64,000 nt of DNA. Origin: an uncultured virus (IMG/VR IMGVR_UViG_3300042993_000002). Lineage: Duplodnaviria; Heunggongvirae; Uroviricota; Caudoviricetes. The notes beneath the pieces were generated by a model. The model was not told where the DNA came from, searched no databases, and saw only the letters and a program-made list of their open reading frames with translations. Position numbers and translations under genes: made by a program. Numbering within the stretch: the first letter of the stretch is position 1; each line of letters starts with the position of its first letter. The stretch lies in IMG/VR virus record IMGVR_UViG_3300042993_000002; one strand, written 5' to 3'. This document shows positions 37,913-48,523 of this stretch, piece after piece.

Positions 37913-39367
37913 TTATACGAGGTTGACGATAATGTTAGCTGGGTTGAATGTTGCAACAGCATCGAAATCAATCACGATGTTCGCCGTTCCTGTGGGACTT
38001 GGCGAAGTACCAATGAACAAGGAGTTAACCATGTGTCCCGGTACAGTGTTGATTGGTGTGTAGAAGCGCGAGTAGATTACATCGTCACCAATGAAGTAAT
38101 TGGCTTCACCGTAGTTTTCAATGTTCTGACGAATCTGAGCTTGTGCATCACCAGCGATACCGCCAGCATTCGAAATGCTAACAGTGATATAGATCGGAAT
38201 CTCTGTTGGACGTTTGTACGAGATACTGTGCAGGAAGCCTTGGCTATCTGTAATTTGGATCGTCGTATCACCAACAGAAGGAATACCAGTTGGTTTGTTC
38301 TGCCAGATTGTTTCTCCGATATCGGAAGGCAGACCACCCAAGACGATAGGCAAGAAGCTGTGAGCTGGGACACCGTTAATATCTGGACCGTCTGTATCGT
38401 TCTCATAGACAACGACATCAGTCACACCATCAACGTTACGCAGTGCGTCAATCAGAGCTTCAAGAATGTTTTGGGACTGGAAGAATTTAGAGTTACGGAA
38501 ACGTTCACGAAGCTCTTCGTCAGTCTCTACCAGACGGCCTGTAGTGGCGCTGATAGGGTTAATGACGCTATCCCATCCCGCGATAGGGACAGAGATAGTA
38601 TCGATGCTCATAGCTTGCTGTGGGAACACACCAACAACATCATCGACAGCAACGCCAAGCTTTCTGACTTTCTCAATACGAAGATTGATAGAAACAGTGA
38701 AGTTGGCAATTTGGAAAGGATCAGTACGAGTTATAAACAGTCTACCATCTTGATAGTAAGTTGTAAAGACCCCACCCAAAATTAAATCAACTTGAGTCTT
38801 CAATCCTGCAAGAATCGATGCAGATGTTGCACCAACACCAGAGTTATACGTGGTGTCAACAAAGTTAACGCCATCCACAGAATAGCTGAATGTGTAATCT
38901 GTGCTGTCAGCTACAGTGATTGGAACGATACCGATACCAGATGCTCCAGTAGGACTCAGAAGTACAGGATTGAGAATCGAGAATACACGTTGGGTTGTGG
39001 AGCTGTAAGCTTTCCCGAGTGGAGAACTCACGGTAATGTTTGTAGTGCCTTCCAACAAAACTTGTGCTCGTGTTGGCTGAGCGACAAGACGGGAAATACC
39101 AGATAGGGCAATGATGTTGTCCAGCGAAATACCGATGGCAGTTGCTGGGTTGAAGCTGTTGTAAACCTGTTGAATGGCCTCCCACATGCTTGCCTCCGAT
39201 GGAGACACAACACCGATAAGACGGCCAAGGGTTCCGTTAGAGCCGACATCAACAATATCTCCTGCTGGCACGAGGTCAGCGAATAGGTTGGATGCACGGA
39301 TACGGTTATCATTCAATACTTCGTCTAGAGTTTTAATCTCCAGACCTTCACGCGATAGGCCAGCCAT
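37913..39367 (-). CDS. baseplate J-like protein
   Basis: G..LD...G, ETDEELR.R, synteny. Confidence 0.85.
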   Translation of the reverse strand: MAGLSREGLEIKTLDEVLNDNRIRASNLFADLVPAGDIVDVGSNGTLGRLIGVVSPSEASMWEAIQQVYNSFNPATAIGISLDNIIALSGISRLVAQPTRAQVLLEGTTNITVSSPLGKAYSSTTQRVFSILNPVLLSPTGASGIGIVPITVADSTDYTFSYSVDGVNFVDTTYNSGVGATSASILAGLKTQVDLILGGVFTTYYQDGRLFITRTDPFQIANFTVSINLRIEKVRKLGVAVDDVVGVFPQQAMSIDTISVPIAGWDSVINPISATTGRLVETDEELRERFRNSKFFQSQNILEALIDALRNVDGVTDVVVYENDTDGPDINGVPAHSFLPIVLGGLPSDIGETIWQNKPTGIPSVGDTTIQITDSQGFLHSISYKRPTEIPIYITVSISNAGGIAGDAQAQIRQNIENYGEANYFIGDDVIYSRFYTPINTVPGHMVNSLFIGTSPSPTGTANIVIDFDAVATFNPANIIVNLV

Positions 39368-39741
39368 TAAATAACGTCTCCTAGGTCGATTGTAATTGGA
39401 AGCGATGCAGTGTTATCACTTACACGCACTTGGAATGTCATACTGTAGCCACGGGCTCCACGATCAAGCGTGGAATCAAACGTCAAGATTTCAATAACGT
39501 CTGGGTCATCAGTGATGATCTGTTGGAAGATCAAATCAACAGAAGCCTTGGTTCTCAGCTTACCGAAGATTTGTTGGAAGTATGGAACCCCGACTGTAGT
39601 GTCAAGGAACCATTCTCCGAGAAATGTGTATAGGGTGATGCGAAGACGCTGCGCAACAACATCAGCAGTGTGTTGGGTGACTGGGCAGCCACCGTTCACA
39701 AACACCATATCGCCAGTGTCTCCATTGAGAAGCAAATCCAT
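39367..39741 (-). CDS. baseplate wedge/gp25-like protein
   Basis: FLGEWFLD...GVPY. Confidence 0.75.
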   Translation of the reverse strand: MDLLLNGDTGDMVFVNGGCPVTQHTADVVAQRLRITLYTFLGEWFLDTTVGVPYFQQIFGKLRTKASVDLIFQQIITDDPDVIEILTFDSTLDRGARGYSMTFQVRVSDNTASLPITIDLGDVI

Positions 39742-39750
39742 ATTGTCTCC

Positions 39751-40512
39751 TTATCCAGCAACAATGCCAGAGTTACCAGAACCGGGAGTAACACCGGAAT
39801 GGAAGTGGGTATCGAACAACACGCCATTGAATGTGGCTTGTCCTGTCATTGTGTAGTTACCGCTATGTACGATATTGCCTGTCCAGTTTGTGGTGTCAGC
39901 ATTGACGTTCATAGTTGGGGTGTTGATGGTGTAGGACTCGGTTGCATTCAATTCTCCAGTCTTACAGTTGACTGTCACAGATTGTTCTGTGTTCACAATC
40001 AAATCACCCGTCTGTTTGAATTGAATCATTACCTCAGTGCCGCTTGCAATATTATGGGCGATCACCAAATCTGTCCGTGGATTGTGTGGGTACTTGCGGA
40101 TAGATGCTCTGTTTGCAGACTTCGCAAATGTAAACAAGCCGGGAATGGCAATAGCATCCTCGGCTTGGAATTTACGTGCGTCGTTGGGCTGTGTAGGTTG
40201 CCCATTACCGATTTTAAAGTTGTCCATAGAACGTTGACTGAAGACAAGCAGTACAGTGTCACCAGCGTTCACAGGGAAGCTTACAAGGGATGTTGCACTA
40301 CCGGGCATTACAACTGGAACACTTAGAATATCCAAATGCTCTTCAGAGACGCCATCGGCATAGAGTTCGTTAATGGATGGTTGAACTGTCACCCGCAGAT
40401 CAGAGAAGTCACCAGATACACCAGTGACAACACCCGGACATGCGAACCACATTTCACCCATAGACATTTCAAATTCACTTTTAAGGTATTCGCTCAATAG
40501 ACCGGGAATCAT
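39751..40512 (-). CDS. baseplate central spike (gp138/gpV-like)
   Basis: GD.VLLVF.QR OB-fold; C-terminal HxH iron site (THFHSGV). Confidence 0.85.
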   Translation of the reverse strand: MIPGLLSEYLKSEFEMSMGEMWFACPGVVTGVSGDFSDLRVTVQPSINELYADGVSEEHLDILSVPVVMPGSATSLVSFPVNAGDTVLLVFSQRSMDNFKIGNGQPTQPNDARKFQAEDAIAIPGLFTFAKSANRASIRKYPHNPRTDLVIAHNIASGTEVMIQFKQTGDLIVNTEQSVTVNCKTGELNATESYTINTPTMNVNADTTNWTGNIVHSGNYTMTGQATFNGVLFDTHFHSGVTPGSGNSGIVAG

Positions 40513-41429
40513 TTCAGTTCCTCCGCTGCAATCTCCGAACACAAGCACTCTGCATACCAAGGGTTACCACGGAAGTCTCCGTTGAACCGTGTGGCGTTAA
40601 TGCGGTAGAAGCCGTTGATAACCGTGTCTTCGAGTTTAACGATACGACCGGGAACCAGCTCTGTGTTCAGCAGACAAGTAAATTGGACACCACGACGACG
40701 ACGTTTATCTTTTGGATGTTTACGTCCATCTTCTGATGTGTAGAATGGTTCATCAATCAGTCCAGTAGTTGGACTAATGACTGGTGCGTTCAATACGTCC
40801 TTAGTGGCCAATCCATTAACGTCAGAGACGTTCAGGACGCCTCCAGAGACGTTGTATTCCAAGTCGTAGGCATCACACACCTTCTTCAACATTTCACGTG
40901 GAGTGCCTGTTAGGCGCCATCCATGAACGATTGGATTGTTAAGGTTTGTACCAACAATGGAGCCACGAGCAACACCGGGCATTTGCTGTTGAATATCGTT
41001 AATAACGTCTTTAACAGTCTTACCCGGACTCACCATTTGTTTCAGCTTCTTATGGTTAAGGTCTGTGTAACCCTCTCCCATTCGGATAACTGTGATACGA
41101 TCTTCTCCGCTCTTACGAGTAGAAATATCGGTTACGTTTCCAGTTACGACAACGCGTGGCCCTTGCTCTTTATATCCAAGAGAGAAAGTACACTCAAGGT
41201 ATTCACCTTCAAGTAGAGCGGCTTGACTACGCGACAGGTTATAAACCTCAATCGAGGCAGAGTTACCTTTTGTCTTTTTGTTATCAGCCATTTTGGAAAT
41301 ATCGAAAGTGACTTGAAGGCCAACGTTCATTACACCGTTTTCATCTGGAATACCGGCGGTGATTCGTAGGCCATTTCCTGTACGGTAGTCACCAACGGTT
41401 AGTTCATAAACCCGCTCTTCTTGAATCAT
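40509..41429 (-). CDS. baseplate hub protein
   Basis: I.VYNLS motif, synteny. Confidence 0.75.
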   Translation of the reverse strand: MIQEERVYELTVGDYRTGNGLRITAGIPDENGVMNVGLQVTFDISKMADNKKTKGNSASIEVYNLSRSQAALLEGEYLECTFSLGYKEQGPRVVVTGNVTDISTRKSGEDRITVIRMGEGYTDLNHKKLKQMVSPGKTVKDVINDIQQQMPGVARGSIVGTNLNNPIVHGWRLTGTPREMLKKVCDAYDLEYNVSGGVLNVSDVNGLATKDVLNAPVISPTTGLIDEPFYTSEDGRKHPKDKRRRRGVQFTCLLNTELVPGRIVKLEDTVINGFYRINATRFNGDFRGNPWYAECLCSEIAAEELK

Positions 41430-41430
41430 G

Positions 41431-41772
41431 TTATACCTCCGTTTCGTACATGTAGAAAAGTTTAAAGAATTCAGGCATGATCGAAGACTCTTGTGTAATG
41501 GCTGTTGCAACAGCAACGTTCACAGGCATCAGTACAAATCTGCCTGTCAGTCCATACACTTCAAGCGGAACATCCTCAAGGATCGGATACTGTGGCACCA
41601 AGGCATAGCCTAAGATGATAGCAGTCTGATCTTCTTGGCGGATGTCCATCTGCCACTGTTTAGCTCGTTCTACCCAGTAGAACTTAAACTGCCACGAGAT
41701 ACCCTGCAATGAAATACTATATCTGTAAGTCAGTTCAGGGTATAGCGGCATTTCAACAAAGTTAGTTGTCAT
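41431..41772 (-). CDS. virion/baseplate protein
   Basis: synteny, 113 aa. Confidence 0.65.
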   Translation of the reverse strand: MTTNFVEMPLYPELTYRYSISLQGISWQFKFYWVERAKQWQMDIRQEDQTAIILGYALVPQYPILEDVPLEVYGLTGRFVLMPVNVAVATAITQESSIMPEFFKLFYMYETEV

Positions 41773-42563
41773 GCAGGTGCGTCTCCAAATTGTGGTTTAG
41801 TCTTATCACCTAGCCCTTTAGCCTTCAAGGCTTCAGAAGTTTCACCAGAATATCCAGTTGGTTCTGTCTTAGCGTCATCCCCTGTTTCAGTTTCACGCTT
41901 AGACGCTTCACCTTGTTGACGACCTTTGTTGATTGGCTTCAGTTTAATCTTAACGTTTTCAACACTGGTGTACACAACTTGTTCAATTTCCATTACTGGG
42001 AAGAGAGCTTGCGAATCACCACCTTCTGGAGTCTCACTGAAAGACAGGTTTGTGAAGACACAGTTAGACCAGCTACGGCGAATCAAGTTATCTTCGAAGT
42101 CTACAAGAGTGAACTCTTCCTTCATGTCACGGATACGAACCAAGTCCATACGCACAGCAGATGCGGATTTTACTTTCGGTTGTTCAGTTACAACAACTTC
42201 AGGAATGCTTGTAGACGTGAATTGAGAAATGGATTCAGGAAGAAAACTCTTGAAGGTATTCTTGTTACTGTTGATGGATACTGGACTGTCTACTGGTGTG
42301 TTATTTACATACTGCTTTCTGGTGTTAACAGATTGCCAGCCTTCATATTCATTCCCCAGTTGTGGTCTGTTGAAGTTGAAGTCCGCATCAGATAGGATTC
42401 CACGAAGAGTGAATCGTGGATTATCCTTGGTGATGTGGTCAGCAATGAAACTACCTGTAGCAACTGGATGTTTGGTTACTGTGCTGCTAAGGGTTTCATC
42501 GAAACCCTCTACAGCGTCAAACCAGAGGATGTCGCCGTTTTCACGGCGGATAGCGATTGTCAT
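41769..42563 (-). CDS. tail tube initiator/Dit-like baseplate protein
   Basis: T.HPV..G..IADH motif after tape measure. Confidence 0.7.
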   Translation of the reverse strand: MTIAIRRENGDILWFDAVEGFDETLSSTVTKHPVATGSFIADHITKDNPRFTLRGILSDADFNFNRPQLGNEYEGWQSVNTRKQYVNNTPVDSPVSINSNKNTFKSFLPESISQFTSTSIPEVVVTEQPKVKSASAVRMDLVRIRDMKEEFTLVDFEDNLIRRSWSNCVFTNLSFSETPEGGDSQALFPVMEIEQVVYTSVENVKIKLKPINKGRQQGEASKRETETGDDAKTEPTGYSGETSEALKAKGLGDKTKPQFGDAPA

Positions 42564-44902
42564 TGTCTCACCTGCGATTGTGTGGAGCGTTCGTTGTTAA
42601 TCACTTCACCAAAGGCTTTGATAGCAACTTGCTTCATCGGTTCATTGAGTGCAGACATCAAGTCTCCAGCAGAGATAACCCCACCCTCGACATTAACATT
42701 GATGTTTGCTTCGTAGTAGTCTTTACGTTGTTGACCTTCGGCAGCTTGTACTCCAATAGCACGAGCAACAGCTTCGCCAATCTGATCAGCAGTCAGGCTT
42801 ACACCAACACCACCCGGAATATCAGAAGAGACAACACCTTGTTTAGCAAAGTCACCAGCAATCTTGTCAGACATTTGTTGACGTGCCCATTCAGGTCCAT
42901 TGGCCATAGCTCGCATGTTAGCCAAGTTGGCACCAACACCACCTTCAGGATTCATCATCTGTGCGTATTCACCAGCAGCCACAAAGCGATCAACTGTGTC
43001 GTTGAACAGCTTCAGGATGGTTTGTAGCTCACGCATTGTGTTAATGAACATCTCAGGTAGGGACAGTCCTTTCAGACCTCCAGCAAGCTCTAGGGCGTTC
43101 GTAACAGCAAGTTGTAGATACTCGCCAAACTGTCTAGCTTCTTTCGAGAAACCTTCCAGTGCAGCTCTTGCTTCTGGGCTACTTTCAAGGAAACGTCCAA
43201 ATAGAGAATCCCCACCATTTGCATAAACCATCACATCTTGAATTGCAAGGGCAACAGCAGCAATGGCAATAGCCAAACCACCAAATGGCAACAATGCGAC
43301 ACCGGCGATAGTTCCAAGAATTGCAAGTTGTTTACCAGTCATACCGAATACAGCAGCGATATTTCCCCAATTCTTACCAATCCCACTCACGATCTTAATC
43401 AGAGCATTGATTGGACGCATCAAGAAATCAAATGCACCACCGAGAGCTTTAATCAGTGGCTCAGAATCACGCATGCCATCTGCCATAGTTGTGAAGAAGT
43501 CACGAATGCCTTTATCAAAACCACCTTCAGCAAAGATACGAACAGAACGTTCAAACTGTCTGTTCATTCGTCCTTGGGCAACACGTGTGGATTCCAACGC
43601 CTTAGCGTAAGCTCCATTCTTCTCAGCCAACTCTTCCATGATCTTAGCCATCTGAGGTAAGATTTTCTTAGGATCGAGAGAGCCTTTCTGCATTTGTTCA
43701 CGAAGACCTTTTACATCAGTCCCGTTTGCTTTAGCAAGAAGTTGCATAGCCGCTGGAAGTCTTTCAGCCAACTGACCTTGTGCTTCTTCAGCCTGAATCT
43801 TATCTTTGGAGAACATTTGACTGATGGCACGAAGAGAGCCTTTCATGGCTTCTTGGTCAAGTCCCATTACAGTACCGTACTTCATGACACCACGGAACAA
43901 GTCTTGAGTACCTTGATTACCGATGGCGCCTTGAGCAGATGCCAGAATGCTATTGAACTGTGGTGCAACATCACGCATGTTACGACCTTGTTCCTCAGTA
44001 AGTTGTTCAAGGAACTTCAGGTTACTTGCGTACCCTTCTGCACTCCCAGAGACGGCCTCCAAGGCTGTGTTAGTCGCTACAAGTTGTTGGTTGATCTGGT
44101 TGACTGCACCGATAGCGAACGCAGCTCCTAGGCCCGGTAGAGCGCCTCTGGCGAAGCCCATACCTGCTCCCATCAGACCGCCACCGAATGCACCACGTCT
44201 ACTGTGAGAAGGCTCTCCGCGTTCGTCCCTTGGAAGTGGACCCGGACCAACTCTGATTCTAAACTGGCGAGAATTTAATGCTTCCTGAATTTGTGCAATG
44301 AGGTGTTGTTTATCCACCTTCAACTGGACTTCAGGATTTGCGATCTTGACCTTAATGGCCTGCAAACCTTTAGTGGCTTGTTTGATGGCCTTACGAATCT
44401 TTTGTTCTAGTGCATTTGCATTGATGTGTACAGCCAGTTTGACTGGGTTACGATCACCAATAGCTTTTACCTCTTTACGCAGCTCTGCTTCCATTGCAGC
44501 AGTGCCAAACTTCAAAGGGATGTTAATCTGCATCTGACCAAGTAGTGTGCGAGTTACCTTCTTGGTTTCGATCAAAGAAGCGATATCTACACGGATTTTG
44601 TTCAGAGTGATTGGCGTACTGTTGAGCTTGTCAGTAATACGCTTTGCAGCTACAGCCAGAGCTTCCTGAGAGACGTTTACATCCTTCAGTGTCACCTTGG
44701 CATTAGATGCCTTCGCCAGTTGCTCACGTAGAGTACGAGAGTCGAGCTGGACTTTGATATTGAACTTCTTGTTTGCTAGTGTTTCAAGTGTACGAAGCGA
44801 GTCGATGACATTGTTTAGTCGCTTCTCGAATGCCATCAGAGGGCGGTTGTCCACTTGGAAGACCAGCTTACCAGTAAGCCGTGCGATTTCTTCCGTAATC
44901 AT
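42560..44902 (-). CDS. tape measure protein
   Basis: AISQMFSK.K.QAEE...QLAERLP tape-measure motif; 780 aa. Confidence 0.9.
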   Translation of the reverse strand: MITEEIARLTGKLVFQVDNRPLMAFEKRLNNVIDSLRTLETLANKKFNIKVQLDSRTLREQLAKASNAKVTLKDVNVSQEALAVAAKRITDKLNSTPITLNKIRVDIASLIETKKVTRTLLGQMQINIPLKFGTAAMEAELRKEVKAIGDRNPVKLAVHINANALEQKIRKAIKQATKGLQAIKVKIANPEVQLKVDKQHLIAQIQEALNSRQFRIRVGPGPLPRDERGEPSHSRRGAFGGGLMGAGMGFARGALPGLGAAFAIGAVNQINQQLVATNTALEAVSGSAEGYASNLKFLEQLTEEQGRNMRDVAPQFNSILASAQGAIGNQGTQDLFRGVMKYGTVMGLDQEAMKGSLRAISQMFSKDKIQAEEAQGQLAERLPAAMQLLAKANGTDVKGLREQMQKGSLDPKKILPQMAKIMEELAEKNGAYAKALESTRVAQGRMNRQFERSVRIFAEGGFDKGIRDFFTTMADGMRDSEPLIKALGGAFDFLMRPINALIKIVSGIGKNWGNIAAVFGMTGKQLAILGTIAGVALLPFGGLAIAIAAVALAIQDVMVYANGGDSLFGRFLESSPEARAALEGFSKEARQFGEYLQLAVTNALELAGGLKGLSLPEMFINTMRELQTILKLFNDTVDRFVAAGEYAQMMNPEGGVGANLANMRAMANGPEWARQQMSDKIAGDFAKQGVVSSDIPGGVGVSLTADQIGEAVARAIGVQAAEGQQRKDYYEANINVNVEGGVISAGDLMSALNEPMKQVAIKAFGEVINNERSTQSQVRQ

Positions 44903-45159
44903 TATTTATTACCCTCTTGGAGTTTGGCTTGGATGTGAGCGACAGCCTCCATTTCTTTATGGACTTGAACTATCTCAAACATCTTGTACAAGTCTTCGGT
45001 GTTACATACCGTATCCAGTTCGACATAAGTAGCAAGACCTAGCGGACTGGTAAGGACATTGTACACTTCCCAGTCTTGGCTGAATTGATCTTGAACGCGT
45101 TGTAATCTCGGATGGATAGGCACTGGTTCAAGGGTTGTCCCGTCCATGCCAACTTGCAT
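44902..45159 (-). CDS. tail assembly chaperone, second ORF (likely frameshift extension)
   Basis: between TAC and TMP; -1 frame open back into TAC. Confidence 0.65.
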   Translation of the reverse strand: MQVGMDGTTLEPVPIHPRLQRVQDQFSQDWEVYNVLTSPLGLATYVELDTVCNTEDLYKMFEIVQVHKEMEAVAHIQAKLQEGNK

Positions 45160-45173
45160 GTCAGGAGTAGCGG

Positions 45174-45554
45174 TTACTCCCGAGAACCGAACAGAGTAAA
45201 AACCGAACCGAAGTTGAACTCGGCTACCTCCTTCAGTACGAGGAATAGCTTGTCGTATTCACCAGCAAACTCCATGTCGAAGTTGATTGCCGATCCATTG
45301 GACTTGGCAACAGTGTTAGCCAGTTCCATGATCATGCCTTCGATGTTTGCATTGTCCAAATTCTCGAACAGAATGCCTAGAGCGTCACCGATAGTTCCAG
45401 ACTGCCCTTCGCCATCTTTCTTCTGCATCTGTGCAAAAGCAGGGCCAACGAGCTTGGTGATTTCTTTCAATACACGAGTACCTTTCAGGGCACCCAGTTG
45501 AGTGATCAAGTATTCGCTACCGTTCACTTCGATTGTTTTTTGCTTAATAGCCAT
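45174..45554 (-). CDS. tail assembly chaperone
   Basis: position; FAG.Y..L...V.EFNFG. Confidence 0.75.
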   Translation of the reverse strand: MAIKQKTIEVNGSEYLITQLGALKGTRVLKEITKLVGPAFAQMQKKDGEGQSGTIGDALGILFENLDNANIEGMIMELANTVAKSNGSAINFDMEFAGEYDKLFLVLKEVAEFNFGSVFTLFGSRE

Positions 45555-45567
45555 TTGATTCTCCTAA

Positions 45568-46092
45568 TTAACTGAATAGATTGGATGCGGAATCCACAGC
45601 ACTGTCAATTCCACTGGATACATATTCTGCTGCTCCATTGAAAGAGTCCAGCAGGTCGAAGCCTTGACGGGCGTTACCGCCGATTTTGCCACTGATGAAC
45701 GATAGAATCTCTACGTCCCACTTACGAGTTTGAATCTCCCCACTAAGGGAAGCGTCAGGCCACGCACGAAGGAAACATTGGGTCGATGCCCACTGAGTTG
45801 TACCGGATGCATCTTTCACAGAGAATTCAAGACGGCCAGAGTAGTTCCGTGTGTCCTGTTCAAGAATCTCAGAGAGGATGTCGTTGGTGATAGAGGTTTG
45901 CAATACTTCGATTGTAACGGTGGACTGTCTGTCCTTGCTACCTGTGCGGGTATGTTGTCCACGAATGCCACGTCTAACTGTGAACGGGCTGGACTTCCAT
46001 TGCAGACTTACAGAAACAATGCCTGTAAGAACGTAGCCACAGAGTACCAGTGTAACAGTCGAAGGGGCGTAAGTCAAGATATCTCCAGCCAT
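45568..46092 (-). CDS. tail tube-like structural protein
   Basis: Y.P..V..., Q.S..N..L, R.W motifs shared with neighbours. Confidence 0.7.
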   Translation of the reverse strand: MAGDILTYAPSTVTLVLCGYVLTGIVSVSLQWKSSPFTVRRGIRGQHTRTGSKDRQSTVTIEVLQTSITNDILSEILEQDTRNYSGRLEFSVKDASGTTQWASTQCFLRAWPDASLSGEIQTRKWDVEILSFISGKIGGNARQGFDLLDSFNGAAEYVSSGIDSAVDSASNLFS

Positions 46093-46094
46093 AA

Positions 46095-46598
46095 TTAAAA
46101 TACTCCGAACTGTTTAAGAACGCCCAAGCCAGCAGACCCTACTAGGAGTGCATCTTCGAGCAAGTTTGTATCACCGTTCCCACCAATTGTAATTGCAGCG
46201 CCAGAGCAACCGAATGTCCATGTGCGGGTTTCAAGTTGATTGGAGAAGGTGACTTCAGGAATTTGTTCGATCCAAGCAGTCGCAGCAAAGAAGCTGGTCT
46301 GTCCTTTGGAATCTTTAATAAGCAGTGGGAATTTACCCATCTGTGTTGCAGCATCCACGTTGTAGATGGCAGAAAGAATGTTGTTGCTTCCAGACGATTG
46401 AGCGACAGTGATTTCAACTCTGAAGCCTTCATCTTCGTTGTACATACGAGCCATTTCTCCATCCATTGCTCGAACCTTGGAAAATGGTTTCATGTCCTTT
46501 GTAATACGAACGAATGTGCCATCGGCATATCCAGAGATTGTGTGCAAGCCAGCAAGACTGATGAAAACGTCTTTTGGCGAGTATAGAGCTACGGCCAT
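46095..46598 (-). CDS. tail tube-like structural protein
   Basis: paralogue of 46662-47186. Confidence 0.75.
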   Translation of the reverse strand: MAVALYSPKDVFISLAGLHTISGYADGTFVRITKDMKPFSKVRAMDGEMARMYNEDEGFRVEITVAQSSGSNNILSAIYNVDAATQMGKFPLLIKDSKGQTSFFAATAWIEQIPEVTFSNQLETRTWTFGCSGAAITIGGNGDTNLLEDALLVGSAGLGVLKQFGVF

Positions 46599-46661
46599 AT
46601 TTGCCTCCTGTAGAAATGAAAAAAGGGGCCACCACGAATGGAAGCCCCTGATAGCGATGTA

Positions 46662-47186
46662 TTACAACCAACGTGGATCGATAGAACCACCCAGAGTCTG
46701 GATAGTATCTTGATCAGCAGGGACCAACTTGGCGTTACCACCGATGTAAGTTTGAAGATCAGCAGCATGGATTACCCAATCACGTGTGTTCATGCTGTTG
46801 CTGAACGCAGAGTTAGGGACGATCCCGACGTAAGCATTGTCACTGAAGAAGTTCGAGCGACCGCTGTTGTCTTTGATCTGGATGGAGAACATTGTGTCAG
46901 AAGACAAACTTGCCGCATCGTTTTGGTACAGCAGAGACAGGATGTCATTCGATGCAGAAGTTTGTTGTAGACTCAATGTGATCGTAGCAGATGTGTTAGC
47001 GTTGTAAACACGAGTCATGGTGTTATCAGCACCAGTGTACATTGTGAAAGTTTCAGCAGAACGTTCGATAGAAACGATGCTGTCTTCAGAGTAGCCCGAA
47101 ATTACGTGAGCAATGCCGCTGGTATCTTGTGTGATAACCACGCATACTTGGTTCGGTGCATATGTAGAAGCGCGTTGAGTAGCCAT
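46662..47186 (-). CDS. major tail tube protein
   Basis: directly after sheath; followed by terminator. Confidence 0.8.
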   Translation of the reverse strand: MATQRASTYAPNQVCVVITQDTSGIAHVISGYSEDSIVSIERSAETFTMYTGADNTMTRVYNANTSATITLSLQQTSASNDILSLLYQNDAASLSSDTMFSIQIKDNSGRSNFFSDNAYVGIVPNSAFSNSMNTRDWVIHAADLQTYIGGNAKLVPADQDTIQTLGGSIDPRWL

Positions 47187-47219
47187 TTAAGTCTCCTTGT
47201 GAGGGGGATGTAACCGTAA

Positions 47220-48512
47220 TTAAACGGTTACAGTTCCACGGATTTTAACGAAGTGGATGGCACCAGCTAGGCGAGCTTCGAACTCAATACCTTCGAAGAT
47301 ACGCTGGGCACGCAGGTTCGGAGCAACAGACAGAACATCTGGAACGCGAACTACTGGAGTTGGGTTATCTGCCAATCCACCAACACGGATACCGTCATTC
47401 AGTTGAGCCCGGATTTCAGATTCAATGATTGTGGCACCAGCAGCGGTGTAAGGGATTTTCTTGCTGTTAGCCATACGGAACCACAGACGTTCAGTCATGC
47501 GTGCTTCCAGCCAGTCAACGAAGACCATAACGTCAATCCACTCACCACCGAACATCTTGCCACCGACAGTTACGGATTGCCCGCCCACAGATTCGTAGGT
47601 GCTACCAGCTTTGGCTTTGATGTTTGTGGATTCAGTGTCAGACAGTTTGGAAACAGTAACACCAGTCAGAGCTTTGTAAGCCCAAGTGTTAGAGCCCGGT
47701 TGTTCTTGCAACTGGAATCCGATCCAAGCACATTCTGGGAACTGTGTATCAGCGTCATTAGAGAAAACACCGAAGGTACGTTGGTATCCAAGGGCTTGCA
47801 ATTGAGCGAAGATGTCAGTTGTTCCAGTTGTCTTGATTGCGGCTGTTGCAGAAGAAGTACCGAAGATTTTCTTCTTAGCTTCGATCACACCAGCAACTTC
47901 CAGAACATCAAGTTCGTTGTGGGATTCGATAGCCAGAGCATACCAAGTGTCGTTGTCGTTCTGAACTTCTGCTACAGATGTAGACCAAGTTTCAGTCGCT
48001 GGGGCGTTAGCCTTGCTCAAGTTAGAAGAAACTTTCAGGGACCAATCGATTTCTCCAGCTACAGAGAATGTCAGAGTACCGTCGAGGTTGTCTACCAGAG
48101 TTACGCCATCAACAGGGGTTACTTCGTAGGCTGCTTTAAGGCCGGAAGCAATAAGGGTTGCAGTGTCCAGAGCCTGAGAAACATAAGTGACTGTTACGCC
48201 GCTCACTGTCAGGGTGTAAGCTGTGCTTGCTACTACAGTCAAAACGTTAACAGTTGCACCGGGAATCTGACGACGACCGATAACGATGTTAGCTGGTTTG
48301 ATTGCTTGACCGAAGAACTTAGAAGCTGCAATGTATGCAGAGTCTGTGCTTGCAAAGTCATCTGCTACTGCCAGCAACGAACTGTACACGCGAGCGCGTT
48401 CAATGAAGTTGGTGTGAGCAGAGATAAAGGCTGGTACGTTGAAATTTGTTTGAGCAACCGCAGAAGTTTCACGGCTGATCTGAATTTCGATGATGTCGGT
48501 TAGACGTGTCAT
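47220..48512 (-). CDS. tail sheath protein (DUF3383-like)
   Basis: PGS.TW..K, G.WID...DWL, KIPYT, AGAIH. Confidence 0.88.
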   Translation of the reverse strand: MTRLTDIIEIQISRETSAVAQTNFNVPAFISAHTNFIERARVYSSLLAVADDFASTDSAYIAASKFFGQAIKPANIVIGRRQIPGATVNVLTVVASTAYTLTVSGVTVTYVSQALDTATLIASGLKAAYEVTPVDGVTLVDNLDGTLTFSVAGEIDWSLKVSSNLSKANAPATETWSTSVAEVQNDNDTWYALAIESHNELDVLEVAGVIEAKKKIFGTSSATAAIKTTGTTDIFAQLQALGYQRTFGVFSNDADTQFPECAWIGFQLQEQPGSNTWAYKALTGVTVSKLSDTESTNIKAKAGSTYESVGGQSVTVGGKMFGGEWIDVMVFVDWLEARMTERLWFRMANSKKIPYTAAGATIIESEIRAQLNDGIRVGGLADNPTPVVRVPDVLSVAPNLRAQRIFEGIEFEARLAGAIHFVKIRGTVTV

Positions 48513-48523
48513 TTCAGTTCCTC

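Noticed and set aside
45568..47186. Three tail-tube paralogues as a novelty
   Set aside because: Tube-fold paralogues next to the sheath are expected in this type of myovirus tail module.
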